Source: the human T2T-CHM13v2.0 reference genome, Homo sapiens
NCBI RefSeq assembly: GCF_009914755.1
Contig: NC_060925.1
Strand: one strand, 5' to 3'
Length of the DNA: 64,000 nucleotides
Below are positions 14,551 through 27,735 of this stretch, piece by piece. Position 1 is the stretch's first letter. Every line of letters starts with the position of its first letter. The translations under genes were made by a program, and so were the position numbers. The notes beneath the pieces are model-generated. The model worked only from the letters and a program-made list of their open reading frames with translations, did not search any database and was not told the origin of the DNA.

Positions 14551-17307
14551 GTAGAGGGGCGGTGACGGGATTAGAAGGCATTATAACAGTTCTTCAGGTG
14601 AGGCCTTGGAGGATGCAGATGGAAAAACGGGAGCTTTCAGAGGCGGAAGTTTTGGAAGTGCAGTTCCAGTTGAAAGTTGGGATAGTCAGGTGGTGACGCT
14701 TCTCAGGAGGCCTTCTGTGCCCTTTGTCTTCATGTGCCTTCTATGTGCTCTCTCCTGTTAGACAAATGAACATTCTGTGTTACAGTTGCCACCGATAAAT
14801 CCATCTGTCTGGCTAAAATGGAATTATTTACCAGCCAATTCCTGGCCAGTGGAGGTATCTGCCCTCTTGCCTTATGGTTTTGTTGAGGATCAAATGAGGT
14901 AATTCATATGAAGTGTTTTATAGACTACAAAGTAATATGCAAACAAAAGGTATTAAACGGTGCTACCTTTTTCTCTATGTTAAGTAGAACCCATGGAATT
15001 TAACTTACATTTTCCTTAATAACTTGGGTTCATTATGTTGTATGTAGCTTATTAAACTGGGCTTTATTTAACACTGTGATTTGGGTTTTTGGAGTAGAGA
15101 GTTTACTTTTATGATAAATGACCCCAAACTGCTATACCTTTCAAATCCTTGTGTCCCATTTTTATTGTTTAAAAAAACAATCTCACCTTGCCGTTGCCTG
15201 TCACTCTTTTGCTTCTGTGTGTCAGTTTTGAGCTACATTTTTTCCCCTCCGATTTGTTGCTTCTGATCTCTGGGCTTGGCAACCTGATAATGAAGCATAT
15301 TAGAGCTGTGAGTAGTTTTATAGTAATCAAGCTACGAATGTGGGTCGGAGAAACTCTTCTCACAGTGGAGTACATAAGCTTTTGTGCATGGACTTCGTAA
15401 AATTCACTTTTGGCCTTCAGAGTGTTCTTGGCTTCCTTCCTAGTTCTGGCTGTGTTCGGATTAAGGGAGGTTCCCAGATAGCCGACCTCCATTCCGGGGC
15501 TGTGGCTGCCATTTTCTTGGCGTCCACCTCATTGCTCTGTTACGAGAAACAGTGTCATTCTCTTCTTTAGTTTTGATGAGGTTTTAGTTCTTTGGGCAGT
15601 AGCAAGTAGTGATAGGTGATGGTGGTCTGTGGTTCATGGACCAAAAAATGTTTGAGAGGCATGGAGGATCTTTAGACAAGATCACCTTCTAGGTGTATGT
15701 GGTAGCATTCTGTTCCACCGCTCTCTTCTCCTTCAGGATGTCTCCCTCCCAGCTAACCTGCTCGGTGTTCCTCAGTGGGAGCGTTTGCCTTAGCTTTCTC
15801 TCAGAGCATCGTACTTACTTTTTCTGCCCGCATTTTTGCATTGCTGCTTTGTGGAGAAGCGTTGCTGCATTATTAGGGAGAGAACCGTGTTTTCTTGTGG
15901 AAATCACACAGTAGTATGGGAGAACTGGTCTGGTTCTAATTCTGCCCCGTCCTAGCTTGTGGCCTTTGCCCAGTGCCTTGTTACCCATGTCTTGGTGTCT
16001 CCATTTCTAGAATAGGCTTAATGTGTGCTTTGCTACCTTTTAGGATCGAAATAAGATTTTATATATGAAAATGCTTGTTATACGTACATAATATTGAATA
16101 GAATGCCTAGTTTGTTGGGTTGATTTTGTTGATATTTTACAATGCTCTCTCTGAGGAGTTAAACAAAATTATCATTAGTATGGGTAACAATAAGTACTAC
16201 TGAAACAATATCATTTTAAATGTTATACAGTTTTTTTTACTGAATGTATTTTAGTTGAATCTATTTGTACAAATGTGGACATTTAGTAAGTGCTCTTTGA
16301 TTATTTTCAGACTTTGAGTATACTGGCTTCCAAGCCAAATTAAATTTATGAAAATTCTAATGATACTGTGATTCATATCTAGAAAGAATAATTTAAAAAA
16401 AACTGTAAAATCACTTTAAACATGCTTTACGTGCATCTCTGGTAATAGAGAATCAATTAATCTGATTTCTCAGGCCATAAATCTGGCTTGATATATTGTA
16501 ATATTAGTTCCTGTGTCAGCCTCTTAGAACTTGAACTGTTTTGTAGTCTGTTCCAGCTACTTGTTTGCTTTTGAACTCAATTCTAGGTGTTGAACTCAAT
16601 TTGAGAGCCTAAAATGGTTTGTGCCCCAATTACCTTAGAGGTTACTGTTTCATTTTTTTATTTAGCCTGCCCCAGGAGTAGGAAGTCGGCTACCTACCAG
16701 ACTTTTTCCTTTTAACTTGACTGTATACTTTAATTTTTGTCTCTATCCCATGGGGGAGTTGTGAGGGTTATTATAGTATAGTAGCACTTAATGGCATATT
16801 TTAAACTTCTTGAAAAGTGGTAATATGTGAGCACATAATATTTTTGTACTGTAGCACATAATTTTTTCCCACACTAACCTTTTGTGGTTCAGAAAAAGAA
16901 TAAAGTTACTTGGGCTTGGGGTACATGTTGAATTGCCCATCTCATAAAATCGTTAACCTGATTTTAGGGAGTGTCTCTGAAACATGTCTTTTGACAGACC
17001 TTGTGCTGTTTCTTATTTATTATTAATAAATTGATATTTCATTTATTATTCATAAATTAATACTAATTAAATAATTAATTGTGCTCTAGCCCCCAGTTTT
17101 AGTTTGGTTTTCTTGGTATCTCTGAAAACTGTTGAGTATTCCCCCTACTCCTTTTAAGTTTTTTTTTTTTTTTAAGCAGGTTTAAAGTAGCTTTTATCAT
17201 ATTCCTTGATTTCTCAAATGAATAGAGGGATAAGGTTCCTTTCTTTAAAAATATCTGCAACATTGCTGGACTGAGAGGTCGTATTTACAGTTTTTTCTTT
17301 TTAAAAA

Positions 17308-17455
17308 TTTTTTTTAGAGATGGGGTCCTGCTCTGTTGTCCAGGCTGGAGTGCAGTGGCACAGCTCACAGCTCACTGCAGCCTTGAACTCCTGGGCTCAA
17401 ACAGTCCTCCCGCCTCAGCCTCCCAGGTAGCTGGGACTACAGGTTCGAGCCACTG
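17308..17455 (-). mobile_element. Alu monomer (FRAM-like)
   Basis: Single antisense right-type monomer. Confidence 0.85.
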
Positions 17456-17947
17456 CTTGTTCAGTCTCTTGCTTTTGTCTCAGTGGCACAGTACCAAGAC
17501 ATAGCAAATCAAAGTGACCAAGAGGATGAGTGGCAATTCGGTGGCCTTATAGGAAGAGATGTGCTTGAAAACGACAGAAGGCTTTTAGTAAATTCCACCA
17601 CCATCACCAGGACGAGAGACGGGACCATTTTTCCTTTCCATAAACTTAGGGGCTGGTTATTAATTTATGAATTCTATAAGTAATTTGAGCTTGTGTTATG
17701 TACCAGACATTGTATTAAGTATTACCAGAGATACTGGGAAGAACAAGCCAGACATCCTTTCAAGGATGCATTTGATAAAATCTCATTTTGAGTATGTTAG
17801 GAAAATATTTATTGGAGAAGGAAACCTCCTAGATTGGTTTTAGATCCCGAATGGCCTTAGGGATTGAAAATGGAGTTGTAGGTTAGCAGAGGACATTTCT
17901 GAAAGGAGTAACTATTTTGTAATTAAAAAGCAGTTTACAGAAGATAC

Positions 17948-18320
17948 TGTGGCAGAGACTGCTAGTTGATCATGAAACCCATCTCCTTCTCTTCCTCCTC
18001 TTCCTGGGCATTTTCCAGTCCCCCTTGGAATCGTGACCAAATTCTAGCCAGTGGGGTGAGAGCAACGAAGTGTGCCACTTCCAGACTTGGCCCCTGAAAC
18101 TCTTGAGGCATGGGTATCATGCCTTTTCCTTATCTGGCTTGATGCAGAGGGCCTAGTGACCTAGAAAGTCTTCTGCCACAAGGTAGAAGGAGCACAGGCA
18201 GCAGAGCCACTGCTGCGAGAACAGTCTGCCCACCAGGAGCACCTGTTTTGGACTTTACCTGAGCAAGAAGTGAACATTTTTGGTATTTGAGCCATTATAC
18301 AGTTAGCCTCCCTAACTATC
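17948..18320 (+). mobile_element. MaLR (MLT1J-like) solo LTR
   Basis: Starts TGTGGCAGAGACTGCTAG; TGACCAAATTCTAGCCA..GAAGTGTGCCACTTCC motifs. Confidence 0.65.
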
Positions 18321-18886
18321 TAGGCACGATGCCTAGGATGCTAAGCAAAACTGGACTGAGAGGTCGTATCTACAGTTTTTTCTTTTTAAAAAATAGTAAA
18401 GGTGCTAAGTAGTAAAGGTGCTAAGATTCAGGCGCGGCTTTAATTCTGTGGAGACCTAAATATTCTTTGTCTTTATTTCAAAGAACGGTAAATACACTTT
18501 TCATTATGCTGTTTCTCTGTTCCAAAGCCTGTAATCACTTCTTACTATATAGCATCTTGTTTCATTAATCCATCTTCCAAAAACTCTAATATATGTATAT
18601 ATTACCCATATACAATGAATGTGCCTGTGTGTAACATCCTGATCTAGGTTCTCTGAGTGGAGACAAAATGAATAAAACATAGTCCATGGCTTCAAAGAGT
18701 TTCTGCTTGATAGCCAGGTAGTTACTGAATTTCCATACTGCTATCATCTGTCCCTTGTTTTAACCTTTAAGTCATATATTATTTTTTCATTACCTTTTTT
18801 TAAAAGTATTGTTTCAATTAGATAGTATACTTTTTGAAAACAGGGAATATATATTATAGAGCTCTGCATCTCTCCTCTTGGGTATT

Positions 18887-19181
18887 TCTTTTTTTTTTTT
18901 GAGACGGGGTCTCACTCTGTTGCCTAGGCTATAGTGCAGTAGTGCTGTCATGGCTCACTGCAACCTCGATCTCCCAGGCTCAAGCAATCCGCCTGCCTCA
19001 GCCTTCCATTTAGCTGGGACTGCAGGCACACAGTACCACACCTGGCTAATATTTTAATATTTGTAGAGACAGAGTCTTGCCATGTTGCCCAGGCTGGTAT
19101 TGAACTCCTGGGCTTAAGCAGTCCTCTCGCCTTGGCCTTCCAAAGTGCTGGGATTACAGGTGTGAGCCACCATGCCCAGCC
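18887..19181 (-). mobile_element. Alu (J-like)
   Basis: Antisense dimer flanked by TCTTGGGTA repeats. Confidence 0.95.
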
Positions 19182-19409
19182 TTCTTGGGTACTTCCAGCA
19201 GAAACTGGGCACTATACTTGAGTAACCATCCCTAGAGTTTCTACTAATTATCTTGTGTGGATATTCTGGTATAGTTTTGTATTATGTACTAACAGATGAA
19301 AGTACTTTTTAAATCTTCTAGGAATTAGTGGAATTATGCTGTTGAGGAATGTTAGGATTGGAAGGATCTTTTATAGATCATTTATCTAATTCCTGATCTT
19401 TTAGTTTGA

Positions 19410-19815
19410 TCATCTGGTTTCTGATACTCAAGGTGTGGCCATTAATTGCAGCATGGGCATCACCTGGGGGCTTGTTAGAGGCAGAATCTCAGGTTCTCCC
19501 TCAGACCTGTGAATCAGAACTTGCATTGAAAGAAGATCCTAAGATAACCCGCATGCACATTACATTTGGAGAAGTTCTGCTCAAGGTCAACTACTCATTT
19601 GACTCTTGAGAAAACTGGGGAAGTCAGAGAGTTGCCCAGTCATACAACTGTTTATTTCAGTGGTTCTCAACCTTGGATACATCTTGGGATCACTTGGGGA
19701 CCTTTAAAAAAATACTGAGGCCTGGGTCCCATCCCCAGACATTCTGACGTAATTGGTTTGGGCATCAGAGTTTTGGAGATTTCACTAGATGACTGGCTAA
19801 GGCTGAGAACCATTG
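19410..19815. mobile_element. Two MER5-family (hAT-Charlie) elements within MIR-like sequence
   Basis: GCATCACCTGGGGGCTTGTTAGA..GCAGAATCTCAGG; second copy CAGTGGTTCTCAA...TGAGAACCATTG with inverted termini. Confidence 0.75.
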
Positions 19816-21315
19816 ATTTGATTAATGATGGAATCCAGGTTTCTTCATGCTCTAATCAAGTATTCCTTCCACTCCACCATGGCTGTACATTCAGAAACAA
19901 TGAAAAACATCCTATCAAATTTTTACAGTAATGCATCACTCCATTTCATTTCCTTTATAGGAATTTACCCCTATTGGATAGTGTCCCATTTACCATCTGT
20001 CTTCCCCCCACTAGAATGTATCTCCAAGAGGACAGGACCCTTGTCTGTCTTGTTCAGTGCTGTGTCCCAGCTTGCGAACAGTGTCTGGTACATGTTAGGT
20101 GCTCCTTTAATAGTTGTAGAACAAATGGAAGGAGCTACCATAAAGAAGGATGTGTTCTGTGAGAGGAAAACACAGGCTACTCTAAAGGTACCCTGTGGGC
20201 GAGAGGCTTCCTGAAGGGTGAGGGGTCTGAGTTGAAGTGCAGAATCAGCGGGGGAGGTGCTTGAAGACCTGCTTCTGAGGAAGGACTTGAACCCAGATCT
20301 GACTTGAAAGCTTGTGCTTTTCCATTCCACTGTGTTGTCCTGTGGACACAGTGGCTCACTGATTTGCCCGGACTTCTTAGTAGTGAGTGGTGGACTGGAA
20401 CACACCACCGCGGCTCTGCAGGTGCTTAAGGCCAGCCCGCCTCCCTCTATGGCAGAGCCGCCCCAGTATTGCAGACAGGCGCCTAGAGGGAGATCAAAAC
20501 ACGAAGTTGTCCTGTGAAAGTTCCTGGCCCAGTGTTTGGCACAGGGGTATCTAGTACAAGGTAGCCCTTTCTTATCATGGAAGTTTTTTTGTGCTTTGGC
20601 TTGTTTTGAGAACCTATGGTTTTCAAAGATAGAATGACTTGATTTCAGTTTTAACTTTGGTTTCTTTCCTAGTTAACTATGGAGACTTCATTATGCAGTG
20701 CTGTGGAGAGAGTGTGATTGGTTTTTGTCTATGATATTTCTGTGTCATATGTTATTTTAGTGCCAAGTTCTTCCTGTTATTTCAGATATTCTGTCACTGA
20801 TTTACTTATTGTTAGACTTTGAAGTTGGGTATAAAAATCCTTTTTTATGAAGCTATTCATTAGTGTGTCCCACTGAACCAAAGTGATTTTTAAAAACTTT
20901 TCACCTAAGACCATTGTTAAGATATCTCAAATGGTAATCTTATACCGTCAGTTTTTGATAATAGGAAGCCAGGAAATGTTAAGCCTTGAATGTAAGACAT
21001 TATTTTTAACATCGTAAAATTTCAAGTTTTAATTCAGAAACTAAATTAAAATGAGGTATTACATTCATGTGATTAGTGGGCTGTTACTGGTGACTCTTAA
21101 AGATGTTACAAGAAGTTAGCGTGCTGCTGACTTTTCCCCTATTGGAGATCTTCCCATGAACCACTTTTCCTAAGGTATGGTGATTCCATGCTCACAGTCA
21201 TGGGTAGAAAGTAATGTTGGATTTTCCAAAGGATACATGAATTCCGAGCCTTGTCTAGTCTATAGGGTGAATCCTTGGACATGACTGTTACCACAGATGT
21301 TATCATAGTTAACTA

Positions 21316-21475
21316 CTTTTTTTGTTTTTGTGTCAGGGTCTCATTCTGTCACCCAAGCTAGAGTGCAATAGCATGGTCATGGTTCACTTTAGGCTCAAAT
21401 TCCTGGCTCAAGTGATCCTCCCACCTCAGTCTCCTGAGTAGCTGGGGTTACAGGCGTGAGCCACTGTGCCTAGCT
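21316..21475 (-). mobile_element. Alu monomer (FRAM-like)
   Basis: Single antisense monomer. Confidence 0.8.
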
Positions 21476-21736
21476 CAGTATACTACTATTGGTTAAATTG
21501 GAGAGGGAAACAGTCCTAGAACAAGAGTTTTACAGAAATAGAAAAGAAAGAATTAAGGAGCTCATGGTTATCCTGGTAGCTAGGAGTCACATTATAGAGA
21601 AAGACTTTATTTATATGGACCCTGAAAACAATTTGACTTCTGAAGCACTTGATCATGGGCATAAGGGAGAGGAAAATTAATAATTCTTGGAAGTCAACTT
21701 TAGTCAGATTGCAACATTTTTTGGCATAAAAAACTC

Positions 21737-22052
<316 letters not shown>

Positions 22053-22304
22053 TCAGGCAATCCTGTTTGTTCTTAGAAAATGTTAACATTGTTAAAGCTC
22101 ACCCTCATTAACTATGGTAACAATAGTGTTTTGTATTTGGGTGGTACCTTTGAATTGAAAGCACTTGGGTATGTATTACCTAATCCTCCTCCTGCCTCAG
22201 AGAGAAGGAGAGAGAAGTATCCACCCGCCCTTTTTGGATGAGGTAGTACAGAGAGGTTGAATTACTTTCCTAAGGACAGCTAGTAAATGTTAGAACTGAA
22301 CTCT

Positions 22305-22795
22305 TTATATTTTATTTTAATTAATTAATTTTTTGAGACAGGGTTTCACTCTGTCATCCAGGCGGGAGTGCAGTGGTGTGATCATGGCTCACTGCAGCCT
22401 CAACTTCCCGGATTCCAGCAATCCTCCTACCTCAGTCCCCCCAGGTATCTGGGACCATAGGTGTGTTGCCACCATGCCTGGCTAATTTTTGTATCTTTGG
22501 TAGAGGTGAGGTTTTGCCATGTTATCCAGGCTGGTCTTTAACTCCTAAGCTCAAATAATCCACCCGCATTGGCTCCGCAAAGTGTTGGGATTACAGGCAT
22601 GAGCCACCACATTTATTTATTTATTTATTATTATTATTTTTAAAGATGAGGCCTTGTTCTGTTGCCCAGGCTGGAGCAGGAGTGTAGTGGTGTTATCATG
22701 GTTCACTGCAGCCTTAAAAGTCCTGGGCTCAAGCGATCTTCCTACCACAGCCTCCTGAGTAGCTGAGACTACAGGCACAAGCCACCATGCCTGGT
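22305..22795 (-). mobile_element. AluJ-like dimer followed by a right-type monomer
   Basis: Antisense dimer to about 22610, (TTTA)n, monomer to about 22795. Confidence 0.9.
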
Positions 22796-23339
22796 AGCTT
22801 TTAAATATAAAATGTTGAGGGTGGTTGTTGAACTTGTAAACTATCTTTGGTTTTCTAAGTGTATAAATATGTGGTTTATAATGTAGGATGAATAATCTAA
22901 AATTTTATTTAATACTGCAGCCAAACAAAAAAGATATTTTTAGGACTGAAAATAATTGGCCGTCAATATTCAAAAAATTTTCTTTTTTTTTTTAAAAGTT
23001 ACCGTTGTGTAGGTTTTAGGTGAAATCTTTAATTTTATCTGAGTGAAGCAGCCTGACAGCCAGAGACCTTGTTTCTTTCCTGTTAACGGAATTCCCCTTG
23101 ATTTACTTGCCATGCCATAATACTAGTTGGCGCTCTGCACATTTTTTGGGTGAGTCGGGTGTTGGGTTTATTGTTGGGAAATGGTTAAAAATGTTGTTGG
23201 TGTTGACTGAGCTTCAAAATGAATATGACATTGGTTCTTAGCAAAAATTTCCTCTATGTACAGCACACATACTTCCCATTTAAACAAATTACACAAGTTA
23301 TGCATGTTCATCAGCACAGACCTTTTCTCACATATGTAT

Positions 23340-23802
23340 CTAAAATTTTGAAGCAGCCTTAAGCTTGCAGTGCAAAGAACGGTTTCCCCCTGAGCCATTT
23401 GAGGATAAATTGCTGATAAGTTCCATCACTCTCAAATACTTGATCATGTACTTCCTACAAACAAGAACATTCTCCTCCATAACCACAAGAACAGTAATCA
23501 CAACCAGGAAGTTAACACTGAGACATTCCTACTCTCCAGTCCTAAAGTCCTGTTGCTGTTTGCCAGTTGATCCAGCAATGGCCTTTGTAGAAAAATATCT
23601 AATCAGAACCTTGGGTCATAACTGGTTGTCTCTTCAATCTCTTAATACAGAAGAGTTTTCAGTCCTTTTAGACTTTCATGACCTTGACACTCTTGAGGAT
23701 TGCAGGCCAGTCATTTTGTGGAATGTTCCTTGATTTGGATTTGTCTGATGTTTCCTCATGATTAGATTCAGGTTTTGCATCTTGGCAGGAATATCACAGA
23801 AG
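23340..23802 (-). mobile_element. Old L1 3'-end fragment (L1MC4/5-like)
   Basis: GATTTGTCTGATGTTTCCTCATGATTAGATTCAGGTT..GGCAGGAATATCACAGA motif. Confidence 0.6.
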
Positions 23803-23859
23803 AGCCAGATTATATCTTTTTGAAAGATTAGTTTTACATTTTATTTTCTGTTTCCTTAG

Positions 23860-23929
23860 AGCGTTTCCCAAAGTGTATTCTGCGGAACTAGCACCTACTG
23901 TGTTCTCAACACCGTGCCACCTATAGAAG
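23860..23929 (+). CDS. CAMTA1: CAMTA1 internal coding exon (probably exon 2), 70 nt, phase 0 to 1
   Basis: Pyrimidine tract and acceptor ttttctgtttccttAG, donor GAAG|GTAGGA; encodes SVSQSVFCGTSTYCVLNTVPPIE, matching the recalled CAMTA1 N-terminus. Confidence 0.93.
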
Positions 23930-23994
23930 GTAGGATTTGAAAAAGCTTTTGACTTACAGGAAGGGGTGGGCTTGGCAGTGGCAGTAATTATCAT

Positions 23995-24480
23995 CTAGTA
24001 CAGTGGAAACAGCCTTCAGCCCGGACTCAGAAGACCTGGGTTCTGCACTTAACTGCTGTGTGATCTTAGATGAGTTACTTAATCCTTCTGGGGTAGCAAA
24101 AAGAATGCTCTCCTCATAAAGTTTCTGTGGAGATGAAAAAAGGCAAAAGATTTAATCACACGGAGAAATCAAAGCACTTAACAAATGTTTGATACTAATA
24201 CAACACTTCTGTAATTCTAGTGTCCAATACCAGGTGACTTAGAGTAGGAGCAGTGTGGTATTTTGGGAAAAGCCACAGGTCATGTTTGAATCCCAGCTGA
24301 GCCACTCAGCAGCTGTGGATCTTGGGCAAATTAATCTGAGCCTCATGTTCCTCCTCTGTAAAATGGGAGTAATTAAGCCCTTGTGTTTTATCGTGAGGAT
24401 TAAATGAAAGAGTGCAATGTAAGATCCTTTCTGGGTGCCTGATACACAGTAGAGTCCCACAAGTGCTTACTCCCTAATAA
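23995..24480 (+). mobile_element. Two tandem MIR elements just downstream of the first exon
   Basis: AGAAGACCTGGGTTC..TGTGTGATCTT and CTTGGGCAAATTAATCTGAGCCTC..CTGTAAAATGGG..GTGAGGATTAAATGA cores. Confidence 0.8.
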
Positions 24481-26472
24481 ATAATGGAAAATAGATTTAC
24501 TTAATCACATGTACCTCCAGTTGGAATTGAATGAAGTAGAGGAGGAGAGAATGTCCCAAAACCCAAATTGAAGTGATGGCTTACAGGGCTGCTGTGCCCT
24601 CACTTTATCTGTTCCCTCATACATATTTTTAGATTGAAAATGTAAATGTAGATAAACAGTGAGAAGTTTATTGAACCTGAGTTATGATTTGACCTAAGCC
24701 TGGACCCGAGATTTTGTAATATGATCAACAGGAAAAAGGTAAATCTGGGCTACCTAAAAATAGAAGCGGTAAGTTGATCATCACACAACTCTAAGAACAA
24801 GAAGGGGATTGTTAAATAGCAAAACTAATTATATTTTTCTACTTAAAAAGCTGTTAGTTTCTGTTTCTTTAACCTTTTAAAAATCTTTTGTAGAATTACT
24901 ACTGGGTTTAATTCACTTTGGAGACTTTGGAAAAGAATAATGCAAAATCAGATCAGTGTTTGGCACATAGTGCTTAATTAATATGTATTTTGGATATATG
25001 GTGATTTGAAGGCCTTAGGTTAGTAATGGCTGTATTTGCTGCTGTGAGCATTATGCTGACTTGAATATAACAATATATGTTTATGTTTTCAGTTCCTATC
25101 CTACTAATTAAATCTAAGCACATAATAATTAGAGCTAAACAGAAAATTGTAGAGCTTCCTTTTGATTTTACTACTCCATGTTGTTGATCAAAGATATTCC
25201 CAATAAGATTTAGCAATTTGATACACTGTTATACCAAACTGTTTGAACAGTTTGGTCTAGAGTTTGAAAGATTAATCGTAATCAACTTGAATGAATAACA
25301 GTGTTCGTCATTATTCATAGAACCAACATTATTTTTTATTATGAATCAAAGTAAAATGAATGTATCATTTCTAGATTAGTTAATATAGTTATAATTTACC
25401 TTGGCAGAAGTCACAGAATTTTCGAAGGAAAAGGTCAAATACATTTCTTTGGATTTAAGTAAAGGATTTGGCAATGTGAATCTCATTTTTTTGAAACAAA
25501 ACATGAAAACAGTAATTCTGCTTTTTGTCTAAGTGAATGAGCATTTTTTTGCATATTGGAAAGTTATATTATACTACACCTTGTAGGTTGACTAGAAAGG
25601 ATGGTTCGTTCTTTAGAATTAGAGTTGTCAGTCAAGCAAATCATCTGTCATTTTCAAGAGCCTCACTAGTTATTTTTTTATTGTGAAGTAGGTTAGAAAA
25701 TTATTTTGTAAAGTCTAATACCATACACATATATTTTGTTAGATAATGATAATGAAGTGTTTTACTGTCATTTGGTTGACACTCCCACTTTTCAGTGTCA
25801 AAGTTCAACTATTTGTATTGAATACTGAATAATGCAGTGGAAACCAGTATATGCCTTAATTTTACTGTTCACTCAAGATACTATTATTAGGATTTGAAAA
25901 CTGGTGCATGTGTTTAGTTATTTTATCATTCTTAGTTATCCCAAAACATTAAAAAGCAGATTTTAATTTAAAAACAGATTTTTATGCAGTATAGCCATGT
26001 AAAGTTCTTTTCCAGTGTAAAATCAAAGTTTCTCTGTATCCCACTTCACCTGTAGAAACACTGAAATTTAAAAATATGAGTTTTAACATTTTGCCTATTT
26101 GAAATTCCAGTAATTCTTTTCTCAGTATTAAACTCGCAATCCTTATAATGTAGTAGGAAAATTTACCCATTGTTATGTTTCTTAAAAACATCCAGTTTAT
26201 ATTCAGCGTGAACCTAAAATTCTGGAAATGGTACACTTTAAAAACTGATCAAGGGGAACCCACTGGCCAGTCATATTCCTGTTCCTTTTGACTCTGTGGC
26301 CACACCTCCGTGTAAAGTGTAATGTTTAGAAACTAGATTGAGAGAGTGCTTACACAGCCCTGCCCTTTGGTCACATTTACCACTGCCTGATTTGGTATCA
26401 GAGTGGAAGACTGAAGCCTTTTCTATAGCAGTTAATTGTGCTGTTGAGAAGAGTACCTTTATTACATAAATA

Positions 26473-26473
<1 letters not shown>

Positions 26474-26516
<43 letters not shown>

Positions 26517-26521
26517 GCACA
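26474..26521. repeat. Interrupted (CA)n microsatellite
   Basis: (CA)15 AA (CA)5 CG CACA. Confidence 0.97.
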
Positions 26522-27629
26522 CTCTTTATATACCGCACAGTAGCTGGGTTCCTCGAAGAGGCTAAAAGAACAGAAAATTAACATCAGATTGTGATCACAA
26601 ACATAGAAGCTGGGGTTTAAAACTCTGCTCGTAAGTGTTCAGAATTGTACTTCAAACTGATAGCTTTCTCAGAGATATGGCTATTCATATACAATTCAGA
26701 GCAAGCCCATCCATTGAGCAACCAGTATAGTGCCGTTTTCATAAAAGGTACCTGTAAATGTTGAATATTTGAATTGAGTATAGATTTTAGAATTTCACCT
26801 CTATTTTCAGAATTGTACATATCATGGGGGATTTTAAAAAATGGAAATAAAAGTACTTTAGGGGAAGAGAGAAGGGAGGTAAAGGCTCACGTGATCTGGT
26901 ATTCTCTGCTTTAAAGTTTTATGGCCCGTGGAACCTCCCTCGGGAGGATGAAGTGCAGGGAGCATAAGCACATAAGATTACCGAGGTTTTATAGTGTGTA
27001 ATTCATACAGAACTTTCTATGAACTTTCTTTTAGTTGAACAGTTTCCTTTTGGTTTCACAGGAAGATTTTTTGAAAGGTTTAATCTTATTTTCCTATTAA
27101 ATTAAAATTTGAAATTCTTGAAAGCAGTCAGTTTTTAGGTTTTTAAAGTTTTTATACTGCTTATAGAAATAGAGGATGGGTATTATAATTCAATTGGTTA
27201 TGTAGTTCATGGACCAAAAAAGATTTAGTATGCCAAAACTCTCTTAAGTTCATCTCCATAAAATCTTTCTATATGATGTAGTAAATTTTTTAGACTTTAT
27301 TTCTATGCCCAATATTTTCCTTTTAAGATCTTTTCCTTGAGAAGAAGTGTGTTAATCAGATGAAAAATGTTTGGAGAGGATTTTGTGACCTTAGAAAATA
27401 TTTTTTGTTCTTTGATGTTTTTCATCTGTTCAAAAAAATAGACTGTACTGAACAAAGCCATAGTAAATAACTGGAAAAAGATATTGTTGTATTTCACTTT
27501 TAAGATTATTAACCAATGCCTGTATACTTATGTAAGGTTGCTTAATTGTAAGGCCTATTAAGTTATTTAATGACAATAAATTTTATAGGGATTTGTGTCT
27601 GGAGAAGAATTAGAGATAATCTAATCTTG

Positions 27630-27735
27630 TTGATTTGGGAAAACTGAAACTATTAAGTAACTTACCCAAGGTCACACAATTAGAAAGTAGCAGAACTGGG
27701 CCAGATCTTGGACTCTTGACTCTGAGTTCAGTGTT
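27630..27735 (-). mobile_element. MIR fragment
   Basis: GAAAACTGA..TTAAGTAACTTACCCAAGGTCACACA..GCAGAACTGGG. Confidence 0.75.

Noticed and set aside
15169-15492. 107-aa minus-strand ORF in non-repeat sequence
   Set aside because: No recognisable protein family, A-tail or TSD; length is compatible with chance
19825-20408. Overlapping 129-aa and 145-aa ORFs
   Set aside because: They overlap L2/MIR-like sequence and show no recognisable domain
26638-26818. TTCAGAATTGTAC repeated about 170 bp apart as a possible TSD
   Set aside because: No A-tail or element between the copies; probably chance or an old duplication
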